From contig OX597831.1 of assembly GCA_951406725.2 (NCBI GenBank), positions 69,812,001-69,876,000 of the forward strand: a stretch of 64,000 nucleotides of DNA, in the 5' to 3' direction. Below the pieces are notes generated by a model. The model searched no databases. It was not told the origin of the DNA and worked only from the letters and a program-made list of their open reading frames with translations. This DNA is from Octopus vulgaris (taxonomy: Eukaryota). This document shows positions 39,021 to 54,524 of this stretch, one piece after another (the stretch's first letter is position 1; the number at the start of each line of letters is the position of its first letter). The position numbers and the translations under genes are program-made.

Positions 39021-39689
39021 ACACACATGTGTATATATTACACACACACACACACACATAAAAAACTCCTCTCACATTGTATTCAACACAACAAACTGTA
39101 AGAAAGAATCAAGCATATAAACACAACCTCAACTGGACAATTAATTTGATGACTGTAGAAACTTTTGAAGTCATTGACTACAAATTATTAAATGTGTGTG
39201 TGCGTGTGTGTGTGCGTGTGTGTGTGTGTGTTGTGTGTGACTGGTTCTCACATAGTTTCTATTTAAAAGGGATTTCACTCTCAAGGCATTGGGTAATGCA
39301 AGATTATGATATGGAACACACCTGTACAGGGGTGTCGTGCAATGTGATTGAATCTTGAACTTTGCGGTTGTATCTGTTCACCATTTCTGAATTTCACTTC
39401 AGAATATCTTTATCTAATGTATTGGTGTAGAATAAAACAGAAACACACTACTGTCCCTGTTAGCAGAAGAAGTGTTATCCTAGTCCTCTATACTTCCACT
39501 TTGCTCTTCTCTTGTCAATCACTGATTATATACATTTACCCTCACTACACTTGCACTGCTACCTCCACAAATACTTTTTACCCAAATGATTTTCTGTGGA
39601 TAACAATTTGTAGTGATCTAACAGTTTTTCCTGTAGATGTTGCTTTATATGTTATCTCTTCCGTGTTCAAATTTATATTCAAAATCCAA

Positions 39690-40054
39690 TTGGTTTGAGG
39701 CAAGTGAAAATCGAATCGATCAACATCAATGGAAATTGCAGCTGTGATACCAGTGCCGGTAGTACGTAAGAGAACCATCCGAACATGGCCGTTGCCAGTG
39801 CCGCCCCGACTGGCCTTGTGCCGGTGGCACGTAAAAAACACCATCTGATCTTGGCCGTTTGCCAGCCTTGTCTGGCATGTAAAAAGCACCCACTACACTC
39901 ACGGAGTGGTTGGCGTTAGAAGGGCATCCAGCTGTAGAAACATTGCCAGATCAGACTGGGCCTGGTGCAGCCTTCTGGCTTCCCAGATCTCAGTTGAACC
40001 GTCCAACCCATGCTAGCATGGAAAGCAGATGCTAAACGATGATGATGATGATGA
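39690..40054 (+). mobile_element. Family C SINE/RTE 3' region with repeated gccggtggcacgtaaaaa motifs and (GAT)n tail
   Basis: Shared 3' end with 12200 and 51160. Confidence 0.82.
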
Positions 40055-41089
40055 TTACCACCTTCATGGATTGATTCATATTCTCTCAAGATCAAATCGC
40101 AAAATACAACACAAGAAGGTCTGAATCTTCTCCTTATACCTGACATGATACGCAGTGGTTGGATTCTCAATATCCCCATCATATGCAGCTTAGGTACGAT
40201 CTTTGTCTGCTTGCATATGTCCACCACTTAGATAAAAGAAGCCAAGCAGTGGTTCAACAGTATCTATAACCAGGTCCCCACTACTGAGAGGATAGTTCCT
40301 CCATTTATTCCTTCAGGTTTCCTCAATATTGAAGCTATCCTTTACAAATTTATAAAAAGGCTTTAATTAATTAATTTTTCAGGTAGTAGGTGTTGTGACA
40401 GTTATTTGTTTCTGGAACTGTATTTCTGCTTCCATACCACAATACTGCAGTTGAATGGTCTCCTTTCTGTAAAGCACTTATTATTGGCAGACAGATCAAA
40501 GTTGTAGATTTAATGACATTAGATAACAATTGCCTCGTTTCATTTAGCCGGATGTTTATTTTATTTGTATAGACATTTTGTGTTCGTAATCAGGAAACAA
40601 TATTTAGCTGAGGCCAGTGCAGACGTTCTTAGTACGTTTTGAAGTACTCTGCAGGGTTAACCTTCTGATCAGCATGTTTCTCCTTTTTACTTTTTGAGCA
40701 GTGCTTTCTAGAAGTTGTCTGAATGTTGGGGGTCCTGATGAATATTACTGCAAGGTATTTAGAGTATTTTAGTAGATGGAGTCATTTGTTATTGAGCAGT
40801 ATTTGGAGTGCTTGGTTTGCTTAATGTTTACTGGGATGGAAAAGAGTCATCACACTTTTGGAGGAAAGGGTTGTTTATAGGCATCATTTGTTAAGCAATT
40901 CCATCATGTTGTTGAATTAGTAGGCTGTGGCCATGTAATGTAATCAGCATGTTCTAACATCTTGGGATGCTTTATATATGACTTTCCCACTATAGCTGGA
41001 ATTCTTAGGAGCAGGTGTGAAAGAGCAGAATGGAATAAAGAATAGGGAAAGATTCATCAAAAAATTAGCCTCATTTTTCATTTTGTTAA

Positions 41090-41628
41090 TTTTGTTAATA
41101 ATATCTCCTAGCTTATATAATTAGAGGTGCCATCTTTAAATTCACTCCAAGAAGACAACCTCTTTTATGGTTGTTTGACATTGCTAAATGGCAACTGAAT
41201 CTTTCTCAAAACATGCCTAGCAGATCACAGGTGTGCTCAATCAGAGTAATAAATTCCATCTTCTTTTCATTCACATTTAGTCCTATGTTAGCAGCAGCAT
41301 TTTCCAGGAGATGGACTAAATGTTCAGCATCTTTTGTGTTGTCTGCAAAGAGCGCTAAGCCATCAGCATAATCGGCGTCAGTCTAGGTGACCAGATATCT
41401 TCTGCTTCTAGACTTCTGTAAAGTGAAATCCAGATCATTGTGTTGAACTACTGAGGTATGCAATACATAATCGAGACATAGGATGAACAAGTAAGGAGCT
41501 AGTGTGTCACCATGCAGTACTCCTGCACAAACGTCAAGGAGATCAGTATCTCCATCTGGTGGCTGCACTTTCACTTGGGTGTCTTTATACAGCATCATTA
41601 CTGACTTTATTGTTTCATCAGGGACGAC
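41090..41628 (-). pseudogene. RTE-type LINE RT fragment (3' part)
   Basis: VPDETIKSVMMLY...GVLHGDTLAPYLFILCLDYVL...DADYADGLAL...IGLNVNEKK. Confidence 0.88.
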
Positions 41629-41629
41629 A

Positions 41630-42010
41630 TTCTTCATAAATCGTGCAACTCAGTATATCATCAAACCGAGATAAAAGTCCGGACAGAAGGACATATTCTA
41701 CTTTTCCCCTCAAAAGGGGATCTGGACCTTGCAATAAACTACAGAGAAATTACATTAACACCAATTGCAGTGAAGATTCACAATGCATTGCTACTCAATC
41801 GAATCCAACCTCAAATTGAAAGAGTTCTTAGGAAAAATTAAAATGGATTCATGGGGAGCCACTCTACATCTGGTCAAATTCTCACAGTTAGGAAGACATT
41901 AGGAGTAGAAGCCAAAAACCTTAATACAGCTCTATTCTTTGTTGATTTCTCCAAGGCCTTTGACTCTGTATACAGGGATAAGATGGCAGAAATCCTTTGG
42001 GCATATGGAA
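41630..42010 (+). pseudogene. RTE-type LINE RT fragment (upstream part, inverted)
   Basis: KGDL..NYREITLTPIAVKIHNALLLNRI...FVDFSKAFDSVYRDKMAEILWAYG. Confidence 0.88.
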
Positions 42011-42379
42011 ACATAAACAAGGTTTGCACAAAAAGAAATAAAACTTTTTAAATAACCCAGCAACCATCTGGTACAGTGTGTTCATGATTGCCATGTTACA
42101 TATGTGTGACCTTGATCTTTTAGTTAAATCAGACAGTTATCACTTTATATCTGTCAGATTAAGTACTTATTTAGTGCTCTTGACAGATTTTCACAAATTG
42201 AACTACGAAGAATTTGGATGTGTAATGTATGGGTATGAAGATTTTTTTCAAATTGAGTAACACGTTTACAGAAATTTTTATTTATATAGCAACAAGCCTA
42301 TGGGAAGATTCTTTGAACTGTAAACAGATGTCATGAGAGCAATCCCACCATTTCAAATTAGGAAGAATATCCACTGACT

Positions 42380-43060
42380 ACAATTCCATATCTTTAAAAA
42401 ACCAACCCAAGTAACTAGAAACATTTTCAATTTTTCTTTCAAAAGTTTAGCACAAACTTTTTTCTAATCTGACTGTTTCTAAAATTCTCCCAAAATACTT
42501 CGTTGAAAACTTCAAAAACAGTCAGAGAAAGTATATACTATGATCTATAAAATAGAAAGAGTTTATAGATCACAGTATATACTTTTGCTGATTGTTTCTA
42601 AAGTCTCCAAAGAATACTTCTTTGGAAATTTTCGAAACATTCAGATGGAAAAAGTTGGTTCTAAAATTTTGAAAGGAAAATTGAGGCTGTTTCTAGATAC
42701 TAGAATAATTTTATGCTACATATTCTGACAGATGAACAAAAACAGAAGTAAATCACATTGACTCAGGAACTGTTTGATTATTTGAATGACAATAAGAACT
42801 TTCTGCAAGGAGTCACAAAAGATGACGTGTGAGTGTACAGCTATAATGTTAAAACAAAATAGCAGTAGGTGTAGTGAGTTAGATCATTGTAGACACAATC
42901 AAAGACAGTACATTGGAATTACTCAAATGTGAAGGTGATTGTCCTTTTTGATATGAATAGTATCATTCATCAAAAGTTTCTTCCAAATTGATCAGGTGAT
43001 CAATAAAGAGTTTTACTTGTCCTAAAGCATTTGAAAGAGGTTCTATGAAGAAGAAACTTA
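42380..43060 (+). pseudogene. Decayed mariner transposase
   Basis: HILTDEQKQK, VTKDDV*VYSYNVKTK, VKVIVLFDMNSIIHQKFLP, INKEFYL motifs. Confidence 0.65.
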
Positions 43061-43069
43061 AAACTCAGA

Positions 43070-43480
43070 CAGATATAACCTAGAGGCTGTAACACAGTCT
43101 GTTCATTTGAATTAAATTTCTCTTTGAATTAGTTAATCTAGAATTTAAAATTTTCAATAAAGATTGTTGTAATTTCAAATGATTATCAAACAAACTATTT
43201 AGTTTTATCTTGATTTTTATATCAGTCTTATTCCATCCTAAAACTGTCGTAAAGTAGACAGACATAGAATAGAAAAGGTTAATTGAACAATTAACCTCAT
43301 CTTTGGTATTCTTAGCTCTGTGTCACATCTAATCATTTACAAGGCTTATATGTTCTAAATATACTGAAATTTACTGCCATTAAATTCCCTAAAACCATTG
43401 CTTTAAACCCCTTTCACCAATGTTCTTATATCAGATGTTAATTTTAGCAGTATTTAAAATTATTCTATCAAACTTTTCTT
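43070..43480 (-). pseudogene. Highly decayed PLE-like RT fragment
   Basis: Ordered remnants GNLMAVNF, LFY..YDSF, LNSLFDNHLK, FK*TD across frameshifts. Confidence 0.35.
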
Positions 43481-44107
43481 TATACCTAACAGCATACAAC
43501 AGATTGAACAAAATTCAAATTTGAAGAGACTCAACGTCGTTCGCAACCTAATGAGTCAAGACAGAACCAAAATGGAAGTTATATCAATATACAATAAAAT
43601 CGATAAAAATAATTCTTTAAAAGATTTGACTCGTTAGAATGCATCTGAAATTACTGATAACAATAGAGAATCCTTTATATTAAGTGTAGGTAGCCTGCAG
43701 CCCTCAGACTGACTGTAGCCTGTGTAATACCATGTTTAAACAAATAACATTTTACTAAAATTTTCTAATATTTAGGTCCAACACTAATATATTTTTATGA
43801 TTTATATAATGTAATTGATAATGTATTCTGTATTAAATGTGAAGTCTGTTAAATTTTTATTTTTATTTTAGCGGAAAAGGTATTTTCATGATGAGTAATA
43901 TTTCATAAGGTATACTTTTTGAGAAAATTTCCCATGCATTTCTAAATTTTCAGTCAATTAGGTTGGAATAAACTGACAAATTTCACTCAAAGATGACCCC
44001 TTTAAACTCTGTAGTCTCTGATATGGAAAGCCTGTTTAACTAAGGCTGATTAAGGCTAAACAACTAATATTGTACTGTACAATATTTCTCTTTCTGTTTC
44101 ATCTGTA

Positions 44108-44493
44108 TAGGCGCAGGAGTGGCTGTGTGGTAAGTAGCTTGCTAACCAACCACATGGTTCCGGGTTCAGTCTCACTGCATGGCATCTTGGGCAAGTGTCT
44201 TCTGCTATAGCCCCGGGCCGACCAATGCCTTGTGAGTGGATTTGGTAGACGGAAACTGAAAGAAGCCTGTCGTATATATGTGTGTGTCTGTGTTTGTCCC
44301 CCTAGCATTGCTTGACAACCGATGCTGGTGTGTTTACGTCCCCGTCACTTAGTGGTTCAGCAAAAAGAGACCGATAGAATAAGTAGTGGGCTTACAAAGA
44401 ATAAGTCTCAGGGTCGATTTGCTCGACTAAAAAGGCAGTGCTCCAGCATGGCCGCAGTCAAATGACTGAAGCAAGTAAAAGAGTAAAAGAGTA
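44108..44493 (+). mobile_element. SINE family A
   Basis: Full-length match. Confidence 0.92.
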
Positions 44494-45126
44494 TAGTAGA
44501 TGTGGGAATGGGTAGGGTACCATATAAAAAAACTTAGTGGATTTAGTAACATTTGTTTCATTCATTCCAGGACCAATACAATCCTTAATGCTACAACCCT
44601 TAACGGTAGCAGTTTTTCTTTTATCTTTTAGTATGGAGGAAAGGTAGTGCCCATAATGTGTTATGGAGCCTCCAAGATAGGTGGCAGGGAGGGAGTTATA
44701 CTCAAACCAGAAACCTATCCCAAGTACTTGCAATGGACTGGAGTCTGCTACATGTGCCCTAGATGCCAGGTGGTGGTATTAAACCAAGGTGACAGGCAAA
44801 GTCTAGGAACCCATGCAAACCATGGCGCGATTTATACTCAGAATGCAAAGAGCCAGCCATACCACCATCTTGGACTGGTACTATTTTATTAACCTTGAAA
44901 AGATGAAAGGCAAAGTTGAACTTGGTGGTGTTTGAATTCAGAGTGCTGTGGGATGGAAGTAATATTGTGAAACATTCTGACTATCGCTTGAATGACTTTG
45001 TAGAATGCAGTATTCGTCCAAAACTGAAAAGATCTAAAAATGCTGGAGAAGTAAAGGATAATAAGCTATAGGTGATTCAGGATTCAATCCCATGGCATGG
45101 CGTTTTAAGCAAGGTATTCTTCATTT

Positions 45127-45360
45127 AAGGCGGCGAGCTGGCAGAAACCTTAGCACGCCGGGCAAAATGTGTAGCCGTATTTCTTCTGTCGTTACGTTGC
45201 GAGTTCAAATTCCGCCGAGGTCGACTTTGCATTTCATCCTTTCGGGGTCGATAAATTAAGTACCAGTTACGCACTGGGGTCGCTGTAATCGACTTAATAC
45301 CTATGTCTGTCCTTGTTTGGCCCCTCTATGTTTAACCCCTTGTGGGTAATAAAGAAATAG
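45127..45360 (+). mobile_element. SINE family B, full length
   Basis: Matches 35927; 13-bp TSD ggtatKcttcatt. Confidence 0.9.
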
Positions 45361-45552
45361 GTATGCTTCATTGCCTTCATTTGTTCAATAACACAAATTT
45401 AGTCCCATGGCTTTGAACTTTGAATAAGTACTTTCTGCACTAGCTCCATACCAACTAATTCCTTGTGAGGGAATTTAGTTGAATGAAAAAAGTGTATGTG
45501 TATGTATGTATATAAATGAATGTATGTATATTCATGTGTGTATATTTTTATT

Positions 45553-45960
45553 TCTCTTTTACTCTTTTACTTGTTTCAGTCATTTGAGTGCAGCCATGCT
45601 GGAACACCACCTTTAATCGAGCCAACTCGACCCCGGGACTTATTCTTTTGTAAGCCTAGTACTTATTCTATCGGTCTCTTTTGCCGAACTGCTAAGTAAT
45701 GGGGACATAAACACACCAGCATCGGTTGTCAAGCAATGCTAGGGGGACAAACACAGACACACAAATACACACACGCATATATATATATATATACATATAT
45801 ACGACGGACTTCTTTCAGTTTCCGTCTGCCAAATCCACTCACAAGGCTTTGGTCGGCCCGAGGCTACAGTAGAAGACACTTACCCAAGGTGCCACGCAGT
45901 GGGACTGAACCCAGAACCATGTGGTTGGTAAACAAGCTACTTACCACACAGCCACTCCTG
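45553..45960 (-). mobile_element. SINE family A
   Basis: Full-length match. Confidence 0.92.
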
Positions 45961-46402
45961 TATTGGTATTTGTATCAGTGTGGAATAAAAATGGATTCAG
46001 AGAAGAATACCTTTTGGTATTCATGTTCATTTGAATTATCTCCCTGATGGCTGTTTCTACATTGCATTTGTGTATCTTACGAGAACAAGATAATAAATCC
46101 TGTTGTCGATATAATATAATTGACAAATATCCTTGAAGATGGTACCCCAGCATGACTGCAATCCAATGACTGAAGCCAGTAAAAGAAGCACAACACTGAA
46201 AAAGGAAATGAATACACTTCTTTGATTCTTTTACCTATTGTTATCTATGGCACTATATTGCCTATTCATTCAACATCTAATTATTTTTTCCCCCTTCCAA
46301 TGTCCTTTCTTATATTTGGTTTATGAGAGAAATCTTGAGAAAGACAGTTAAGGATAAGAAAATTATATTTTCCGTTTTGTCTAAGTTCAATATTTCTTTA
46401 CA

Positions 46403-46817
46403 GCTCTTTTTACTCTTTTACTCTTTTACTTGTTTCAGTCATTTGACTGTGGCCATGCTGGAGCACTGCCTTTAGTCGAGCAAATTGACCCCGGGACTTA
46501 TTCTTTGTAAGCCCAGTACTTATTCATTGGTCTCTTTTGCTGAACCGCTAAGTGACGGGGACATAAACACACCAGCATCGATTGTCAAGCAATGCTAGGG
46601 GGACAAACACAGACACACAAACACATGCACATACATATATATTTACATATATACAACAGGCTTCTTTCAGTTTCTGTCTACCAAATCCACTCACAAGGCA
46701 TTGATCGGCCCGGGGCTATAGCAGAAGACACTTGTCCAAGATGCCATGCAGTGGGACTGAACCCGCAACCATGTGGCTGGTTAGCAAGCTACTTACCACA
46801 CAGCCACTCCTGCGCCT
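46403..46817 (-). mobile_element. SINE family A
   Basis: Full-length match. Confidence 0.92.
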
Positions 46818-47200
46818 TTTTGTCTTAAAGGTTTTTAACTGTTCTGAACTAGATTTCTGTAATGTAATATTTTTGACAACCATATGAAATAATCAGTACT
46901 GGTTTTGTTCTTTCTTTCTCTGTCCCCTCTATCAGTCTCTCTCTCTCTCTCTTCCTCCTCTCTCACTCTTTCACTCACTTTCTCTCTCTCTCTGTCCTCT
47001 TTATTGTATCTGCCTGTCTGTAAGCAACTCATAAACAAACACCAACACAGAGTTAGAGATACAGAGATTTAAACAGAACAGAAGTTTGAGGTTTTGTTGA
47101 AATTGAATTGCATCAGACATGTGTTTGTAAGATATCAATGCTTGCATATATATATATATATATATATATGTTTATATATATGTATATATATATGTATATA

Positions 47201-47233
<33 letters not shown>

Positions 47234-47324
47234 TTATGTATATATGTATATTTATGTATATGAGTGTGTATATGTACATATGTATATGTATATATAAATA
47301 TATGAATATATTTATGTATATACA

Positions 47325-47383
<59 letters not shown>

Positions 47384-48034
47384 TGGCTTACAACACATAT
47401 ACCCACATTTTCTCATCTCAGTTCAACATTTTTTAAGATGTCACTTCTTATTTGTTTTCCTTTTCCTCATTAATGATAAAAGAAACTATTTAAAGATTTA
47501 TGGAAATATGATTTAAAAAATTAATTAAATATTTCTTAGGTTTTCAAATCTAGTTTGATGTGTTTTAATTGATGCTATAACGAATTAATCTGTGTCTGCT
47601 AGATAAGATTTGGTGTCTGCCTGTTTTTTTATCTTCCTTTCTATTACATTTTCCACCTCTGTCTCTCTTTCTCTCATTCTTTCTTTCTCGCTCTCTCTTT
47701 CTTTCTCTCTCTTTCACCCTTTCACTCTCTCTTTCTCTTTTTATAAATTGATTCTTTTGCTGCTTTCAACCACTTACCTATTTATCATTTAATATGTGTA
47801 TTTGTGTGTGCCTAAATGCATACACACACAGCCACACACACACGCACATGCACACACATGCACACACACACACACATGCACACAGATATGTGAAGTCTGT
47901 TGTACAACTACTTGATTGTGGTTTCAATCCTGCTGTGCGGCACCCCAAACAAGTATTTTCTACGATAACCTCAGGACAGTTAAAACCTTGTGAATGGATT
48001 TGATACATAGAAACTAAAATGAAGCCCATCATAT

Positions 48035-48075
<41 letters not shown>

Positions 48076-48486
48076 TTGACTTCCATTTTCCATTCTGGTA
48101 TGGGCAGGATCATTTGGTAACTGGTGAGCTACAGGGCTGTGTCAAGCTCCTTGCTGGTACCATAGACAGATAGACAATCAGAGAGAGTCATATCATATAT
48201 GTGTATATAAAGATGTATGTATGTATGTATGTATGTATGTATGTATGTATGTATGTATGTATGTATGTATGTGTGTGTGTGTATGTGGGCATACATGTGT
48301 GTGTGTTTGTTTATGCATGCAACCACACGTATGAAAGTTTCATGTAGTGTTGACATCTTCACTTGTCCTGATGATAAATTGTCTGTTTGCTTCATGCCTT
48401 TGAAAGCATGCAGTATATGGAGATCTCTTATTTGAGAGACAGGTAATGGCCAGCTTCAGGAAGGGCGTACATACATATATATATAT

Positions 48487-48754
48487 ATAAGGTTTATTCA
48501 AAGCAATGAATAGCTTATGACGAAACCATGGTATGTTTTGTTTTCTGACTTTATAATCATCTCATAATAATGACTTTTATGACTTTTATTACAACCTCAG
48601 TCCATCTAAATGTATATATCTGTTGTTAACTGTCATGAAAAGTTGTTTTTTTTATTTACAATGTGCATTTTCGTTGATTTTTCATATTTTCCCCTTACAT
48701 TTCCACGTATAGTTTCTACTTTCTTTTTGTAACATATTTCTACTATATATAATA

Positions 48755-48755
<1 letters not shown>
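48487..48755 (+). mobile_element. 5'-truncated pLTR relic retaining the 3' half of an HHR, between (TA)n tracts
   Basis: Hairpin ataag..ttattca/tgaatagcttat, then GAC-GAAA-CCATGG-TA (palindromic stem III, GUA). Confidence 0.5.
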
Positions 48756-48820
<65 letters not shown>

Positions 48821-49836
48821 GTATGTAAGGTCTTAGTTGCCAATTTTGTACAAGACATTGCAGATCTTTAGCTGGGCTAAAAAGTCACATTCGATCACAG
48901 CACCAGTAACAGTTAAGCTTCATGCAATGGCCATACTCGATAACGAGGGGGCAGCCATAAAAAAAATGTATGTATGCATGCTTATATGTATGTACATATG
49001 TATGTATGTATGTGTGTGTGTATGTACGTATTTATGTATGTGTGTTTGTATGTATATATGTATGTATGTGAATGTGTAGTATATATGTGTGTTTATGTAT
49101 GTATGTATGTGTGTTTGTATGTATATATGTATGTATGTGAATGTGTAGTATATATGTATGTTTATGTATGTATGTATGTGTGTGTATATAACCCCTGTTA
49201 GCATGGACAATCTTTACGATTATGTAACATCCAATATGTGGCCTCTAAACTCACCAGATTTGAATCCCATGTACTACTACGCGTGGAGTGCTGTTTGAAA
49301 GAGAGACTAATCATCATCTTTATAATACCATATAATACCATATAATTATAAATGATGATGATGACGATGATGATTTATCAAGATGGTAAATTGGCAGTGT
49401 TCTTAGAACATTGAATAGATTGATTTGTGGTATTCATTCTGTCTCTGTGCTCTGATGTCTACCTTTGCACACTTCTCTGCTGGTTCAACTACAGCTATGG
49501 TTAACGTTTTCTGTCATCGTTTTTTTTTTTTTTTGGTATCAGTAAAATTAGCATCAGTTTTTATCCTGGAGTTATATTTTCTCTTTCATGCTCTCTCTCT
49601 CTCTCTCTCTCTCTCTTTTCTGTCTCTCTTCTCTTTCTCTCTCTCCCTCTCTAGAAGGAAGTTGATATGATGAGATCTAGAGTTGGATGGGCTTTGCCAG
49701 TTCTAGGTTTGCCCAAGACATAACATGTCACAATGGTACCTTTGTCTGAGACTGTCAGAATTTGAGGTTTCTCGGCAAGGCATGTATGTATGTATGTATG
49801 TATGTATGTATGTGTGTGTGTATGTATGTATGTATG

Positions 49837-49870
<34 letters not shown>

Positions 49871-50234
49871 GGCATATATGTATATATATGTATGTACATA
49901 CGTATGTATATATGTGTGTGTACCTATTTATGTATGTGTATTTGTATGTATTTATGTATGTATGTGAATGTGTAGTATGTATGTGTGTTTATGTATGTAT
50001 ATGTGCATATATATGTATGTATATCTGTCTGTATGTATGTGAGAGAGTGCGTGTGTGCATTTGTGTGTGTGTGTGTGTGTGAGTGTATGAGTCTGTGTAT
50101 GCATGTTTTGAGTTTTATCCTTTGCAGAATTCAAGCCAATCATTGATCAAGTGTCAAGGCTCTTTTACTTAAGTAAAGAACTGTGTTAAGGGATCTGGTT
50201 ATCCTTATTGGTTTGTGTGCAAATGGCAGCCTTC

Positions 50235-51380
50235 AGTAATGCTATGGTATTATAAAGATGATGATTAGTCTCTCTTTCAAACAGCACTCCACGCGTAGTA
50301 GTACATGGGATTCAAATCTGGTGAGTTTGGAGGCCACATATTGGATGTTACATAATCGTAAAGATTGTCTGACAACAATTCTTGGGTGTCTAGGGTTTTG
50401 TGAGAAGGTGCTGGGTCTTGTTGAAACACGTATGGCCTTCCATTGCATACTTCATCAATCCAGTGCTTGATAACAGCTTCTGGTACCTCAATGTATCCAG
50501 CAGCAGAAAAAAGTGGGGAGGCATCACATGACCTTTGCTACTCACCACTCCTAAAACCATCACAGTTGCTGGAAATTTTGTGTGCATCACACTGGATACT
50601 TCAGAAGGGATCTGCACATGACCACCTGTCATTTCTTCTGTTAGACTTTTGATCCTGGTCAAAGTTTTTATCAGAGAAAGATCAAAGCATACCATTCACT
50701 TTGTTAAGTAACCATTTTGAACAGATGAGACAGTTTACCTGTGTCTTTGCAGACACGAATTGGCCTTTCCCTATTACATAGGACTTGTATTGAATGTCAC
50801 GATGTACCACAAATCTGCTAGTTCACTCTGACACCTGAAGTTCTTTAGCAATGGACCTCATTGATATACTGGGATTTTCATCGATAATGTTTTGAACACA
50901 TTGTATTCCAGTGTCCTTTTAGTGTCTGTGCATTGTGAGTGTTTTTCCCTCTTTGATACAGGTGAAACATTACTGTCACATACCTCCAATTCCAACCGAA
51001 CTTTGCGTACAAATGATCTTTCATGATTTAGAAAGTTGCTAATTTCTAAATCACTTTTGGTTTGCATGTATAACAACTATGACAGCAAGTCTTTCCATTT
51101 CTTGAGTTAGCATGATATCTTGAAAGGGTTATCTGAAAAAAAAAAAAATTATACATTTCTACACTCACGGAGTGGTTGGCATTAGGAAGGGCATCCAGCT
51201 GTAGAAACACTGCCAGATCTGACTGGCCTGGTGCAGCCTTCGGGCTTCCCAGACCTCAGCTGAACCGTCCAACCCATGCTAGCATGGAAAGCAGATGTTA
51301 AATGATGATGATGATGATTAAATAATTTGAAGCTGTAATGAACTAAAAAGGAAATGTCCTCAGATACCCCTTGCACCCTG
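50235..51380 (-). mobile_element. Decayed maT-like transposon carrying a family C tail insertion (51160-51318)
   Basis: TA-cagggtgcaagggg terminus; KFPATVMVLGVVSSKGHVMPPHFF and WPPNSPDLNPMYYYAW on the minus strand. Confidence 0.85.
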
Positions 51381-51854
51381 TATTTATGGGCTTCATTTAC
51401 TCTCTATCTACCAAGTTACCAACTCAACACATAAGGCTTTGGTAGAACCAGAACTATAGCAGAAAATACCTGCCCAAGATGCTACGTAATGTGACTGAAC
51501 CCAGAATCAATAGGGAAATGAACTTCTTAAACTACAAAGCCATGCCTGTGCCAACATCAGCAACACACATATATGAATACTAATATAAGTAGATAAAATT
51601 CTCCAATGCACTCTTCTTGCCCTTGACATATGCAAAGTTTAACAAATGCTTGTTTGTCTGATAAATATCTGTTAAATGTCTTTTGAATAACAAACCACTC
51701 GATAGAAATCTAGGATCAGACCAATAATCTTTTTTTTATCTTAAAAATGACAATATATACTTACTGGAGTATTTGAATATGTACAGGTTGAATTTGTGTT
51801 TACATACAAGCATGAGAGTATATATTTTTATTGATTTATATTTTTTAACAACAT

Positions 51855-52227
51855 GCGCAGGAGTGGCTGTGTGGTAAGTAGCTTGCTAACCAACCACATG
51901 GTTCCGGGTTCAGTCCCACTGCGTGGCATCTTGGGAAAGTGTCTTCTGCTATAGCCCCGGGCCGACCAATGCCTTGTGAGTGGATTTGGTAGACGGAAAC
52001 TGAAAGAAGCCTGTTGTATATATGTAAATATATATGTATGTGTGTGTGAATTTGTGTGTCTGTGTTTGTCCCCCTAGCATTGCTTGACAACCGATGCTAA
52101 AGAGACCGATAGAATAAGTCCTGGGCTTACAAAGAATAAGTCTCGGGGTCGATTTGCTTGACTAAAGGCGGTGCTCCAGCATGGCCGCAGTCAAACGACT
52201 GAAACAAGTAAAAGAGTAAAAGAGTAA
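51855..52227 (+). mobile_element. SINE family A with internal deletion
   Basis: Lacks the segment between ccgatgct and aaagagacc. Confidence 0.9.
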
Positions 52228-53715
52228 TAGTAAGCTCTAACTGACGTAATCTCTTCTCTCTACCTGGCACTAATTGCTATTCTTCTTTACCCATTCCAAT
52301 TCCTTTTTATTCCTTTTTTTTTCTCTACATTCAACCTTGTTGTTATCTAATTCTTCTGCTCTTCGCTCTCCCAACACATTTACACTATTTCCATTCTGCT
52401 ACTAACCAAGGACACATAAGAAAAGCTTTTCTCTTTTTCTGATGAAAAACTCAATCTGAAACACCAAAACATTCTTTCCCAAATAACAAACTTAAAATAA
52501 CATTGTTTACTTTACAAACATAAACACACACACATCCACACATAATAAATTTTAGAAAAGTGTTGTTTTCCTTTTCTTATTACTGTTTTTTTTTTACCTT
52601 ATATTATTTATTTAGTTTCTTTTTGCCAAAAATTCTATGAAAATAATGTAAAAGAGGAGCATTGTTAATGTTATCATTCCTTTATCACTTTGAATTTTCA
52701 AAAATAATAATGAGGAGATAAAAACTGTTATTAAAAGAAAATAGATGACAGAAAAAGAAAAACTTAAGTGAAAATCTGAAAGCTGTAAAGAAAAACAATT
52801 ATTCATATCAGAAAGTGGGAACAAATTTGGCTAATTCTCATTCTCAAAATGTATTAACAATATTTGTAATTTATTTGTAAAACTAATTTCAGTAATATAA
52901 AAGTTCCTTATGGGCTTTCATTATTGGTCAAATAAGATTACTGTTGCTGTTATCTCATTGACAAGATCCTAGTAAGAAAACAGTTGAGGTTTACAGATGA
53001 TATGCTGAATTATTCACTTCATTTCCTTCATATTTGAAACTATCAATTGGAGACTGAAGTTACTAAAGAAACATCAATATCACCAGTCTCTGGTGGGTGG
53101 GATTCAAAGAAAATTTAGTTGTTATTTATTAGAAATAAATCAACCAGACATATACAACTCCTACTTTCCCATTGATTTTCCTATTACGTGAAATTGCATT
53201 AAACAAAAGTTAATGGGAAAGTAGGCTCTATTTTCATGAAATTCCATGCTACAGCAACATTTTCAGGAATGCTATACTTATATGACACAAGCAACGCCCA
53301 TACATACATACATACATACATACATACATACATACATACATACATACATACATGCATGCATGCATGCATGCATACATACATACATACACACACACACACA
53401 TACATACATACAGACAGACAGACAGACAGATAGATGGATAGATATACATAAACACATTAATGGCACAGTGAAGACTTGTATAACATTCCGTAGATTTTGC
53501 ATCTGAGATTCTTTAGATGGAAAAATGCACACACTTGGATATGTGCATCATATCCAAGAAAACCAACTCAACCACATAACTGCAAACAGCAGGAACTCTC
53601 ATATTTCGTTACTTTGTTAGGGACTGGCACTTGAACTCTTTTTTTGAATAGCTTATATAAAACTCCTGATATCATCTCTATTCTGTGTAAGTTGGACTTT
53701 TTATATGTATACGTA

Positions 53716-54524
<809 letters not shown>

